A stretch of DNA of 36,286 nucleotides, from assembly GCA_037383745.1 (NCBI GenBank), contig JARROQ010000026.1:1-36286 (forward strand), read 5' to 3'. The stretch comes from Sulfurovaceae bacterium. GTDB lineage: Bacteria > Campylobacterota > Campylobacteria > Campylobacterales > Sulfurovaceae. This document shows positions 10,293-18,862 of this stretch, in pieces (the first letter of the stretch is position 1; each line of letters begins with the position of its first letter). Under the pieces are notes generated by a model. The model was not told where the DNA came from, ran no database searches, and saw only the letters and a program-made list of their open reading frames with translations. The position numbers and the translations under genes are program-made.

Positions 10293-11108
10293 ATGGATAA
10301 AAAAGCATTAAAAGCATTTTCGCTTTTGGTTGCTTTTACTCTCGGGGGCTCTTTGCTTATAGGCGAAGAGGTAGAGTATAAAGTAAAAAGCGGGGATACA
10401 CTTTCAGAGATTGCAAAACTACATGATATAAAGGTTGATCAACTTTGTGCGGCTAATAGCATAAAAAAAGAAGATTCAAAATCTATTAAGATAGGGCAAA
10501 AGCTTATTATTCCAACGCAAGAGAGTCCGAAGGTTGTGGTAAACAAACCTATAGAAGGCCATTCAAGCGGAACGATAAAGCTTGCTAGCGCAATTACTCC
10601 AAAAGAAGTCGCCAAAACAAACAAAAAATCAAAACTTAAAAGTGTTCTCATAGCACATGCGAGCACCTTTGAGGAGTCAGACGATATAGAGATCGTCACG
10701 GGGAGTACACAAAGTGTATTTATAAACAATTCAAAATTAGCAGCAATTCCTACGCTAGCAAAACAGAAGCTTGGTAAAAGATATGTTTGGGGAGCGACAG
10801 GGCCTAATACTTTTGATTGTTCCGGATTTACAATGTTTACTTGTAAACAAGAGGGCATCAGTATCCCGCGTACATCAATTGAGCAATCGAAAGCAGGTGT
10901 GCCTGTGCCAAGATATGCGCTTAAACCGGGTGATCTTGTCTTCTTCGATACCTCTAAAAATAAAAGAGGATATGTCAATCATGTCGGTATTTACATCGGT
11001 GGTGATAAATTCATCCATGCAAGTTCTGCCAAGAAAAAAGTGACGATTACAAGCTTGGAATCGCCATTTTATAAAATGAGATACAAGGGTGCTAGAAGAT
11101 ATCTTTAA
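10293..11108 (+). CDS. LysM-domain NlpC/P60 peptidoglycan endopeptidase
   Basis: Signal peptide. LysM: KVKSGDTLSEIAKLHDIKVDQLCAANSI...GQKLIIP. NlpC/P60: YVWGATGPNTFDCSGF...GDLVFF...HVGIYIG. Confidence 0.8.
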   Translation: MDKKALKAFSLLVAFTLGGSLLIGEEVEYKVKSGDTLSEIAKLHDIKVDQLCAANSIKKEDSKSIKIGQKLIIPTQESPKVVVNKPIEGHSSGTIKLASAITPKEVAKTNKKSKLKSVLIAHASTFEESDDIEIVTGSTQSVFINNSKLAAIPTLAKQKLGKRYVWGATGPNTFDCSGFTMFTCKQEGISIPRTSIEQSKAGVPVPRYALKPGDLVFFDTSKNKRGYVNHVGIYIGGDKFIHASSAKKKVTITSLESPFYKMRYKGARRYL

Positions 11109-11112
11109 TCTT

Positions 11113-12603
11113 CTACTCCCCTCTTAAGATTCCGCCATTACTTGCATTTGTTACAAGTGCTCTGTATTGTTTAAGCCATACACTAGTAAGCTCTTTTACT
11201 TTTGGCTTAAAGTTCGCTCTTCTATTTGCTATCTCTTCATCACTTAGGCGGACATTGATCGCATAGGTATCTACATCTACATCGACAACATCACCGTCTT
11301 GAAGCAACCCGATCATACCACCTTCAGCTGCCTCCGGACTACAATGCCCGATACTAAAACCTCGTGTTGCACCACTAAAGCGACCATCGGTTAAGAGCGC
11401 TACTTTACCGCCAAGTCCCATACCCATGATAAGCGATGTTGGCGAGAGCATCTCTTGCATGCCCGGACCACCTTTTGGACCCTCATATCGGATAACAACC
11501 ATATTTCCCTCTTTTACCTTGCCCCCTATGATGCCTTTAATCGCTTCATCTTGTGAATCAAAACAGACCACAGTGCCACTAAAAGTACGTTCGCCTATGA
11601 TGCCGGCTGTTTTGATGACGGCTCCCTCACTTGCTAGGTTGCCGTAAAGGATTGCAAGCCCACCCACTTTTGAGTAGGGATTATCTATCGTGTGGATGAT
11701 CTGCGTATCTTTTATCTCAGCATTTGCTACCCGTTCTCCTAGGTTTTCACCTGTGATTGTTAAAGCATCAAGGCTCAAAAATCCGCCATCACGCTTGCTA
11801 ATCTCTTTGATAACGGCATTGAGTCCGCCGGCTCTATTGATATCTTCCATATGCACGGTACTAAGACTTGGAGATATCTTTGCGATGTGGCTTACTTTTT
11901 TACCTATCTCGTTAATGTCTTTGAGCTTAAAATCAACACCGGCCTCATTGGCGATTGCTAACATGTGTAGCACTGTATTTGAGCTTCCGCCCATCGCCAT
12001 ATCGACAACAAAAGCATTTTTGATAGCCGCCTTATTGAGTATATTTTTAAATCTAAATTTCTCACTGAGCGCCTCATCTTTTGCGATCTCGCAGATTCTT
12101 CTTGCTGCTTGTCTGTAGAGCTCTTCTCGCTCCTTTGTGAGTGCCAAGATCGTACCATTACCGGGAAGCGCTATCCCCATCGCTTCACTGAGTGTATTCA
12201 TAGAGTTTGCAGTGAACATGCCACTACAACTCCCTCCGCTTGGACACGCATTACACTCTATATCTTTGAGCTCATCTGCGCTAATCTCACCCGATTCAAA
12301 TTTACCGACTGCTTCAAAGGCTGAGTTGAGATCGATAGGCACACCATCTTTTGTGTAGCCTTTTGCCATAGGCCCCCCGCTTACAAATACGGTCGGCACA
12401 TTGACGCGAAGTGCACCCATAATCATGCCCGGAACGATCTTATCGCAGTTTGGAATGGCTATCATCGCATCAAGCTTGTGTGCGTTCATCATCGTCTCAA
12501 CGGAGTTGGCTATGATCTCACGACTCGGCAGGCTATAGAGCATCCCATCATGTCCCATGGCAATCCCATCATCTACACCTATAGTGTTAAATTCAAAAGG
12601 CAC
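11113..12603 (-). CDS. ilvD: Dihydroxy-acid dehydratase; the 5' region upstream of 12603 appears disrupted (see finding)
   Basis: [33 protein letters not shown]...CDKIVPGM...[15 protein letters not shown] are classic IlvD/EDD motifs. The N-terminal ~70 aa expected from homologs is not contiguous. Confidence 0.85.
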   Translation of the reverse strand: MPFEFNTIGVDDGIAMGHDGMLYSLPSREIIANSVETMMNAHKLDAMIAIPNCDKIVPGMIMGALRVNVPTVFVSGGPMAKGYTKDGVPIDLNSAFEAVGKFESGEISADELKDIECNACPSGGSCSGMFTANSMNTLSEAMGIALPGNGTILALTKEREELYRQAARRICEIAKDEALSEKFRFKNILNKAAIKNAFVVDMAMGGSSNTVLHMLAIANEAGVDFKLKDINEIGKKVSHIAKISPSLSTVHMEDINRAGGLNAVIKEISKRDGGFLSLDALTITGENLGERVANAEIKDTQIIHTIDNPYSKVGGLAILYGNLASEGAVIKTAGIIGERTFSGTVVCFDSQDEAIKGIIGGKVKEGNMVVIRYEGPKGGPGMQEMLSPTSLIMGMGLGGKVALLTDGRFSGATRGFSIGHCSPEAAEGGMIGLLQDGDVVDVDVDTYAINVRLSDEEIANRRANFKPKVKELTSVWLKQYRALVTNASNGGILRGE

Positions 12604-12771
12604 ACAACCACATTTTTTGATTTCATCTTTGATGTTAGCACTTACTTTATCTAAAAAATTCTATGGGGTGCTCTGATTGCACCTCTTTTTATCTCGTCAC
12701 TTCTCAAAATCGATCCTTTTTATTTTGATTATATCACTTCTTGGCTCAAAAATCGATTGGCTTCAAAGTGA

Positions 12772-12800
12772 TTGACAATATTTATTTATCACTTTACAAT
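12772..12800 (+). promoter_or_regulatory. Sigma70-like promoter (TTGACA-17 nt-TACAAT) for the tRNA cluster
   Basis: TTGACA at 12772-12777 and TACAAT at 12795-12800 with a 17-nt spacer, ~41 nt upstream of the tRNA-Gly 5' end. Confidence 0.4.
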
Positions 12801-12841
12801 TAAAGCATTTTTGAGTATAATTGCACTCCATTTTTAGGATT

Positions 12842-12916
12842 GCGGGCGTAGCTCAGGGGTAGAGCATAACCTTGCCAAGGTTAGGGTCGAGGGTTCGAAT
12901 CCCTTCGCCCGCTCCA
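12842..12916 (+). tRNA. tRNA-Gly (anticodon GCC)
   Basis: GCGGGCG acceptor, anticodon loop TTGCCAA, T-arm GGTTCGAATCC, CCA encoded. Confidence 0.85.
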
Positions 12917-12958
12917 TAAAATATTTTCTATAAACACAAACAATTTGGTTTTATTTAT

Positions 12959-13045
12959 GCCCGGGTGGTGGAATGGTAGACACAGGGGACTTAAAATCCC
13001 CCGGACATTGCGTCCGTGCCGGTTCAAGTCCGGCTCCGGGCACCA
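12959..13045 (+). tRNA. tRNA-Leu (anticodon TAA)
   Basis: GCCCGGG acceptor, anticodon loop CTTAAAA, long variable arm, T-arm GGTTCAAGTCC, CCA. Confidence 0.85.
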
Positions 13046-13060
13046 CCGTTGTTTGGATAT

Positions 13061-13134
13061 GGTGCCATCGCCAAGCGGTAAGGCCGCAGCCTGCAAAGCT
13101 GCTATCCCCGGTTCAAATCCGGGTGGCACCTCCA
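13061..13134 (+). tRNA. tRNA-Cys (anticodon GCA)
   Basis: GGTGCCA/TGGCACC acceptor, anticodon loop CTGCAAA, T-arm GGTTCAAATCC, CCA. Confidence 0.85.
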
Positions 13135-13189
13135 TTATCAATGTTTTTTAATCTTATTTTGATAAGATTCTACTTCTATCGGGAGATGT

Positions 13190-13277
13190 CAGAGTGGTCG
13201 AATGTGCCGGTCTTGAAAACCGGTGAGGGTAACACCTCCGGGGGTTCGAATCCCCCTCTCCCGGCCAGCATTTTCGC
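13190..13277 (+). tRNA. tRNA-Ser (anticodon TGA)
   Basis: Anticodon loop CTTGAAA, long variable arm, T-arm GGTTCGAATCC, CCA. Confidence 0.8.
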
Positions 13278-13291
13278 TATATAAAATCAAT

Positions 13292-14629
13292 TTAAAATCT
13301 CATCTTACTATTATCCTTAATATTGATAAGAACTTTGATATGCTCTACAACATCAACAAGTTCATCTTGAAGTTTCATAACCTCAAAAATATCTTTGTAT
13401 GCAAACGGTGATTCATCTAAAGTATTTTCATCAACTGTACCTGTAATCCCTTTCATTGATTCTTCAAACGCTTTCATAGAAACATTTGTTTTTGCTTTTT
13501 TACGGCTCATTACTCTCCCTGCACCATGAGAAGAAGATGATAAAGAATCTTCATGCCCTTTACCTTTTACTACAAATGATCCATCTCGCATATTACCTGG
13601 AATAACACCACTCATCCCCTCTTTGGCATGTGTCGCACCTTTGCGGTGAATCCACTCTTTACGTTCTTCATCATACTCAGCATGGTTATGATTACGGTTA
13701 ATAAACTTCTCTTCATTATAGTGTTCAAACTCAAATTTACCGCCAATAGTTTCATTCATTATATTATGAATAACCTCTATCATTTTTTTACGATTTTCAA
13801 GTGCAAAAGCGAGTGCAAAATTTTGATCTTTTATATACTCTTGCCCCAACTTGCTCTTAACATCAAGTCCCCAGATTCCAGGAAGGTTATCTAGCTTTAC
13901 TTTTTTGTTATGCTCCGCTGTTTGCTTTATTATAAACTTTTTAAGACTCTTCTCGTAACCTTCAGGGTTATGCTCTTTAAACTTTTTATTGCGCTCTTTA
14001 AAATCCTCTATAACTTTTTCTAGTTTTTCCTCTTGAGGATTTTTTTCTAAATAGGCTTGCAACATATAGTGTGATGCAATCTTATGCCCAAAACCACGAC
14101 TCCCAGAGTGAATCACGATCCACGCCTTATCATCACTACCATAACCTACTTCTATAAAGTGGTTTCCACCGCCTAGTGTACCAAGTTGCATACGTCCAGA
14201 GGTATTTAGGATATGCTCTGCAAAAGGTGTCATCTCAAGATCAATCTTCATAGGTTGGTGATTTTTATGTCTACTAAATCCCAATGGAATACGCTCAATT
14301 ATTTGATTGTAAATAGTTTGCGCATTAGCTTCCACTTCACTTTTGTTATACTCAGTTTTATACGCACACATACCACACCCAATATCAAATCCCACAAATT
14401 GTGGAACGATAACATCCTTAGTTGAGCAAACACCACCAATTGGCATTGTATAACCTGCATGTGCATCTGGCATTAGGGCTGCATATGTAACATAAGGCTC
14501 TGAAAGTACATCATAAAATTGTTCTTGTGCTGTATCATCCAATAGTTCAGCATATATTTTGTATGGTGTATTAGCTGTTTTGAATTTATCATGGTTTATA
14601 TCTAAAAACCCTAATTCTCTTAAGTTCAT
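13292..14629 (-). CDS. rtcB: RtcB-family RNA ligase (full-length paralog)
   Basis: 445 aa. MPDAHAGYTMPIGGV, GFDIGCGM, GGGNHFIEV, HNHAEY...HRKGAT, HGAGR are RtcB active-site signatures. Confidence 0.85.
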   Translation of the reverse strand: MNLRELGFLDINHDKFKTANTPYKIYAELLDDTAQEQFYDVLSEPYVTYAALMPDAHAGYTMPIGGVCSTKDVIVPQFVGFDIGCGMCAYKTEYNKSEVEANAQTIYNQIIERIPLGFSRHKNHQPMKIDLEMTPFAEHILNTSGRMQLGTLGGGNHFIEVGYGSDDKAWIVIHSGSRGFGHKIASHYMLQAYLEKNPQEEKLEKVIEDFKERNKKFKEHNPEGYEKSLKKFIIKQTAEHNKKVKLDNLPGIWGLDVKSKLGQEYIKDQNFALAFALENRKKMIEVIHNIMNETIGGKFEFEHYNEEKFINRNHNHAEYDEERKEWIHRKGATHAKEGMSGVIPGNMRDGSFVVKGKGHEDSLSSSSHGAGRVMSRKKAKTNVSMKAFEESMKGITGTVDENTLDESPFAYKDIFEVMKLQDELVDVVEHIKVLINIKDNSKMRF

Positions 14630-14698
14630 TTTTTCTCCTTATTTTATTTTGATAGGGGTATTATACAAACTATTTTGGACGTATTATGTCCAAAATAA

Positions 14699-15451
14699 TT
14701 AACATTTTTTGATTCTATTTTTTGAAGGTAGATTTTTAAATGAGTAACAGTCAAATCCTTTTGCTTGAGCTAAATACTTGTCTTCGATACACACAGTTTG
14801 CTCTTCAACCAAATCTAATGCTCCAAGGTACATTGATATCTCTTGAAAAGCTTGCATTGGTGGTACTACGTTTACAAATTTGTACTGTTTGAGTTGTGGT
14901 AAAAGTATAGTATTTATAGATATACAATCTATACCTTTTTCATTAATCCAATATTTAGATTCTATGTAAAAGTATGGCTTTTTATATAGTTCAAACAGTG
15001 CTAAAGTTTTTTCAAATGTTTGTGTAAAATGATTTTTTACATACGTTTTAAAATCTTTAGCTTGCCAATAGCTATATCCCATTGTTTCATAATCATCTTT
15101 TAGCTCGCTTAATGGCATATGATGGTTACTTATATATTTATCTACCTCTTCTACGCTATAACAATAGTTCTCATCTACGCTTTTATAGATAAACTTTTTA
15201 TTTTCTTTAGTAATACTTTCTGTTTTTATATACACCAAAGGATATGCTTTACCACAAAACAGCATCACATTAAAGTGGCATAGTATTCTATAATATTGAG
15301 ATTGTTTCTTATAAACCATCTTCGTCACACTTCGCAATTCATCTATAGTAGTTGATGCATCCATCGTAATTCGTTCAAATCTTAGTTTTTCATCTACACC
15401 ATAGGCAATACCAATGTCATAATAATCATGAAATTTTGAGATTATTTTCAT
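14699..15451 (-). CDS. Uncharacterised 250-aa protein, translationally coupled to prfH
   Basis: Start overlaps the prfH stop (ATGA). No motif recognised. Operonic between prfH and rtcB. Confidence 0.5.
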   Translation of the reverse strand: MKIISKFHDYYDIGIAYGVDEKLRFERITMDASTTIDELRSVTKMVYKKQSQYYRILCHFNVMLFCGKAYPLVYIKTESITKENKKFIYKSVDENYCYSVEEVDKYISNHHMPLSELKDDYETMGYSYWQAKDFKTYVKNHFTQTFEKTLALFELYKKPYFYIESKYWINEKGIDCISINTILLPQLKQYKFVNVVPPMQAFQEISMYLGALDLVEEQTVCIEDKYLAQAKGFDCYSFKNLPSKNRIKKC

Positions 15452-16044
15452 TTTTTCACCTCCAAAAATTTCGCTCCCTCAAAAACCTTTACAGGGTTTC
15501 CTCTTGTTATCTCTTTGCCCTCTTTCCATCTTATCAGAGCTTCTTTATCTATTTGTTCAAGACTGATTAATGCTATTTTTTTCAAAAGTCTATCTTGTGC
15601 TATCTTTTTGTTTTGATGCTGGCTTCGCTCATCATAACTGATTGCCTCAATATTAAGGGATGGATATAAAGCTCTTACTCCGCTTGATGTTGTATTAACA
15701 TGCTGTCCACCTTTTTTCGGACTTTTCATGGTCTGATAGATGATTTTTGTTTTGTCTATGCTCTCAATTTGACTCTCTTCATAACATTGCAAAGAAAAGT
15801 ACCAGTTCTTTCTTTTATGTTTTGGTCTAAAAGGGCTTGTAGATCTCCAAAGATGTGTACCTTCTAAGTCCTTAAACCCTTGGTCACTGCTTTTTAATAA
15901 GATAGATTTATAGCACTCTTTGCACAAATTTTTTTCTATGGAGATTATCTCAAAACTATAGTTTTTTTCTAACCACTTGCTAAAATGCCATAATGCTCTA
16001 CACACTTCATCTACACCGTTACCGCTACTAATATATATAAGCAT
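15448..16044 (-). CDS. prfH: Peptide chain release factor homolog PrfH
   Basis: 198 aa. GGQ motif (SPKKGGQHVNTTSSGVRALY) and SPFRPKHKRKNWYF and ERSQHQNK patterns match PrfH. Lacks a codon-recognition domain. Directly downstream of an rtcB paralog, as in known rtcB2-prfH pairs. Confidence 0.8.
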   Translation of the reverse strand: MLIYISSGNGVDEVCRALWHFSKWLEKNYSFEIISIEKNLCKECYKSILLKSSDQGFKDLEGTHLWRSTSPFRPKHKRKNWYFSLQCYEESQIESIDKTKIIYQTMKSPKKGGQHVNTTSSGVRALYPSLNIEAISYDERSQHQNKKIAQDRLLKKIALISLEQIDKEALIRWKEGKEITRGNPVKVFEGAKFLEVKK

Positions 16045-16045
16045 C

Positions 16046-16978
16046 AGCTACTCCTTATATGTAAGGATTGGTTTAAATGTAGCTATAACAGTTGCAAGTC
16101 CAGCATCTACCAAATCATCTATTACGATATCAATATTTTTATACGCCTGTGGTGCCTCTTCATAGAGTAGTTTTTTATCTTTTTGGAATAACAAGGTAAC
16201 TAAGAGTCCCTCTACTTCCAGCTATCACCACGGCACCTTTATCTGTAGGTGTCGCACCTTTTCTATGCAGTAAACCATCTTTTGTTCTTTCAATGCTATT
16301 GTGTGCTGTATCACTCACACACTTTAAATGAGATTCTATTTTTATAGCTTTGAGTAATCTTTTTGCTATTTGTTGACGACTTTGTTTTGCATATGTAACT
16401 GCTCTGTCATGCTCTTGTAAATATATATTTGCTTGAGTAACTGATAATCCCTCGCTTGGATTGTATTGTCCTGCCACTTTGTCAAATACAACCTGCCCAA
16501 ATGCACGAGAACCGCTATGAACTAAAGCATAAAGTGAATTTTCATCTAAACCCAATTGTTTAAAAAAAGTGTAATCTTTAACTTCATTTATAAGATGCAG
16601 TTCAGCAAAATGATTCCCTGTGCCTATCGTTCCAAGGTTGTATCCTGGATGTGTATCATCCTCCAGCTCTACATCCTCAAGGCTATCAATTTTGCCTAGT
16701 CTTTTTTCAAACTTATCTACTTTTAGCTTCTTTGTCTTTGAGGGACTTAGAGCTATTTCATAAAGGTTCATTCCGCATCCGATATCTCCACCGATCAGAT
16801 GTGGATAGATGCGATCTTTTGTAAGTACTGCCATACCGTTAGGAACATTTCCTACACTGAGGTCCGGCAGACCCACTATTTTTTGCACACTCTCGTAGCG
16901 TGCGATCTGTTTAAGTGTTTCTACGCTTCGAATATCGATCCAATTCGTCTCCGAAGCGATAATGGTTAGATTGTCCAT
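16046..16978 (-). pseudogene. PrfH-associated RtcB-family ligase (RtcB2-like), interrupted by a single-nucleotide frameshift in an A/T homopolymer near 16171-16184
   Basis: Frame 1 (16175-16978): GDIGCGMNL, GTGNHFAEL, HNSIERTKDGLLHRKGAT. It stops at IPKR*, then the RtcB C-terminus continues in another frame (LLYEEAPQAYKNIDIVIDDLVDAGLATVIATFKPILTYKE*) ending 2 nt before the prfH ATG. Could equally be a sequencing error. Confidence 0.6.
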
Positions 16979-17138
16979 TGTTTTCCTTGTTTATATTTGT
17001 TTTATTGTTTATAGGTTGCATGTTTTGTCTACGGTTCTGTGTAAAATGTTTCATTTTTTACTCCTTGTTTTTTGTTTGAAAAATGGTACAATATTTCAAT
17101 GACGTATTTTGTCCGATAGAAAAAAGGGGATATTTCTG

Positions 17139-17786
17139 ATGAAAAAACTTTTAATATATTTATTATTCTTTACTTTAAATTTGCATGCAAATATATTTGA
17201 TACTTATGCGGGTGAGTATCTTAATGATTTAGGTGCTAAATATCAAAAGTCCAAGGATTATACTAAGGCGGAAACTTTTTTTAAATTAGCTTGTGAAAAG
17301 AACTTTTATAGAGCATGTTCTAATCTTGGATATCTGTATCAGAATGGTTTTGGTGTTAAAAAAGATAAATTAAAAGCATTTACATTATATGAAAAAGCAT
17401 GTAATGGGGAGAATGCAATTGGATGTTTTAATCTTGGTACACTGTATCAATATGGAGAGGGAATATCGTTAGATTACAATAAGTCTAAAGAGTTTTATAA
17501 TTTTGCATGTAAAAAAGGTATAGATAGAGCATGTACACATTTGGCTATACAATATGATTTTGGACAAGGTGTGAGTAAAGACACAAATAGAGCACTTAAA
17601 CTCTATAAAGCTTCTTGTGATCATAATGATGAATATGCTTGTTACATATTAGGATATCTTTATCTAAAGGGAGAAGGTGTAATAAAAGATAAAAATCATG
17701 CGAAGTTATTGTACCAAAAAGCCTGTCGTTTGAAATCTGAAGGTGCTTGTAAGGAGTTAAATGAAATTTGGAGTCAAGATAAATGA
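17139..17786 (+). CDS. Secreted Sel1-repeat (Hcp-like) protein
   Basis: Signal peptide MKKLLIYLLFFTLNLHA, then four or more Sel1 units (ACSNLGYLYQNGFGVKKD...). RBS AAAAGGGGA. The ORF-track start at 17109 is probably too early. Confidence 0.75.
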   Translation: MKKLLIYLLFFTLNLHANIFDTYAGEYLNDLGAKYQKSKDYTKAETFFKLACEKNFYRACSNLGYLYQNGFGVKKDKLKAFTLYEKACNGENAIGCFNLGTLYQYGEGISLDYNKSKEFYNFACKKGIDRACTHLAIQYDFGQGVSKDTNRALKLYKASCDHNDEYACYILGYLYLKGEGVIKDKNHAKLLYQKACRLKSEGACKELNEIWSQDK

Positions 17787-18511
17787 GCCAAAAATCCAGC
17801 CTATACCGAACTATCGAAATCCTAAAAGAGCTAAATGCCGGTAAAAAACTTTGTGTTACCAACCTAGCTACAGCCTATGAAGTAAGCGATCGAACGATTC
17901 GCCGTGATTTTGAGCTAATCAAAGAACTCTTTGGGGACTTTATGAGTAAAGAAGGTGAGTGTTATCAGGCATATAAAAAAGTGCTACTCGAAGAGGTTTT
18001 AAATGCTACAGATTTGATGACACTAGCAAACATTGTCAACCTTTTTGGAATCATTCAAAAAGAGTCACTTATCTCTGAAAAAACTCAAGCACTTATTGAA
18101 CAATCAATGAGCGTCTATGATTTCAAATCTCGCCCGTTTGAAAACGTAAAAGATAGAGAAATACTTAAAAAGCTTGAGCATAGCATTAAATTTAAAAAAG
18201 AAATTAAAATACGCTATCGTACAGAAAGAGCCATTACTCAAGATCGCTTCCAACCCTATAAAATTCTTTTTCTCAATGAAAACTTCTACCTCGTTGGTAT
18301 TAATTCCTCAAAAAACACAGTAGAGTATCGTCGTGTCACGATGATAGAAGAGGTAGAATATACCAAAAAAAGTTTTTTCATAGATAAGGAGGTTGAAAAG
18401 TTCTTTGCGAACTTACAGACTCCTTGGGCTAGTTATGGGAGAAGAGAGATGCTTGTGCGGTTGCGCGCAGAGGTAAGCATACGCCGTTACTTTATGAAAA
18501 ACAGAAGATGA
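17783..18511 (+). CDS. WYL-domain transcriptional regulator (HTH + WYL; BrxR/CapW-like architecture)
   Basis: N-terminal HTH LYRTIEILKELNAGKKLCVTNLATAYEVSDRTIRRDFELI. WYL core YRTERAITQDRFQPYKILFLNENFYLVG...VEYRRVTMIEEV. 4-nt overlap with the Sel1 gene. Confidence 0.7.
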   Translation: MSQKSSLYRTIEILKELNAGKKLCVTNLATAYEVSDRTIRRDFELIKELFGDFMSKEGECYQAYKKVLLEEVLNATDLMTLANIVNLFGIIQKESLISEKTQALIEQSMSVYDFKSRPFENVKDREILKKLEHSIKFKKEIKIRYRTERAITQDRFQPYKILFLNENFYLVGINSSKNTVEYRRVTMIEEVEYTKKSFFIDKEVEKFFANLQTPWASYGRREMLVRLRAEVSIRRYFMKNRR

Positions 18512-18754
18512 TTAAGCGAAGTTTAGAGAAAAAAATGAGTACACTTAAAAATATCGATCGATCAAGCCTGAAACTATAAAATAATTTTCGGACATGATAC
18601 GTCCAAAAACTGCCTTATAATAACACTGTGCAAAAGCAGTTGAAGTTGCTTGCTTGCATACTTACACTGTAAGTGATGTATAAGAACGCACCCCAAGATG
18701 TAGGGCACGGATTAGTCCGTTATAAGCAATTTTGCTTGAATGACATCGCCAATT

Positions 18755-18862
18755 GTTCGTCGCGGGTTCGACTCCTGCCGTATCAGATGATGCGTAACTC
18801 AGTGGGTAGAGTGACAATAAACAAAATCGTGGGTTCGAATCCCACCAAGTCTGTTAAACTTG
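18755..18862 (+). other. Two degenerate tRNA-like fragments (T-arm motifs without a pairing acceptor stem)
   Basis: CGCGGGTTCGACTCCTGCC and a D-arm plus T-arm-like AACTCAGTGGGTAGAGT...GTGGGTTCGAATCCCAC. The acceptor stem cannot be paired and the anticodon stem is imperfect. Confidence 0.35.

Noticed and set aside
11426-12358. Several 60-140-aa ORFs on the plus strand inside ilvD (11426-11647, 11690-12118, 12109-12324, 12137-12358)
   Set aside because: They are antisense to a strongly conserved IlvD coding sequence. Their composition is biased (Ser/Pro/Leu-rich), as is typical of antisense translation.
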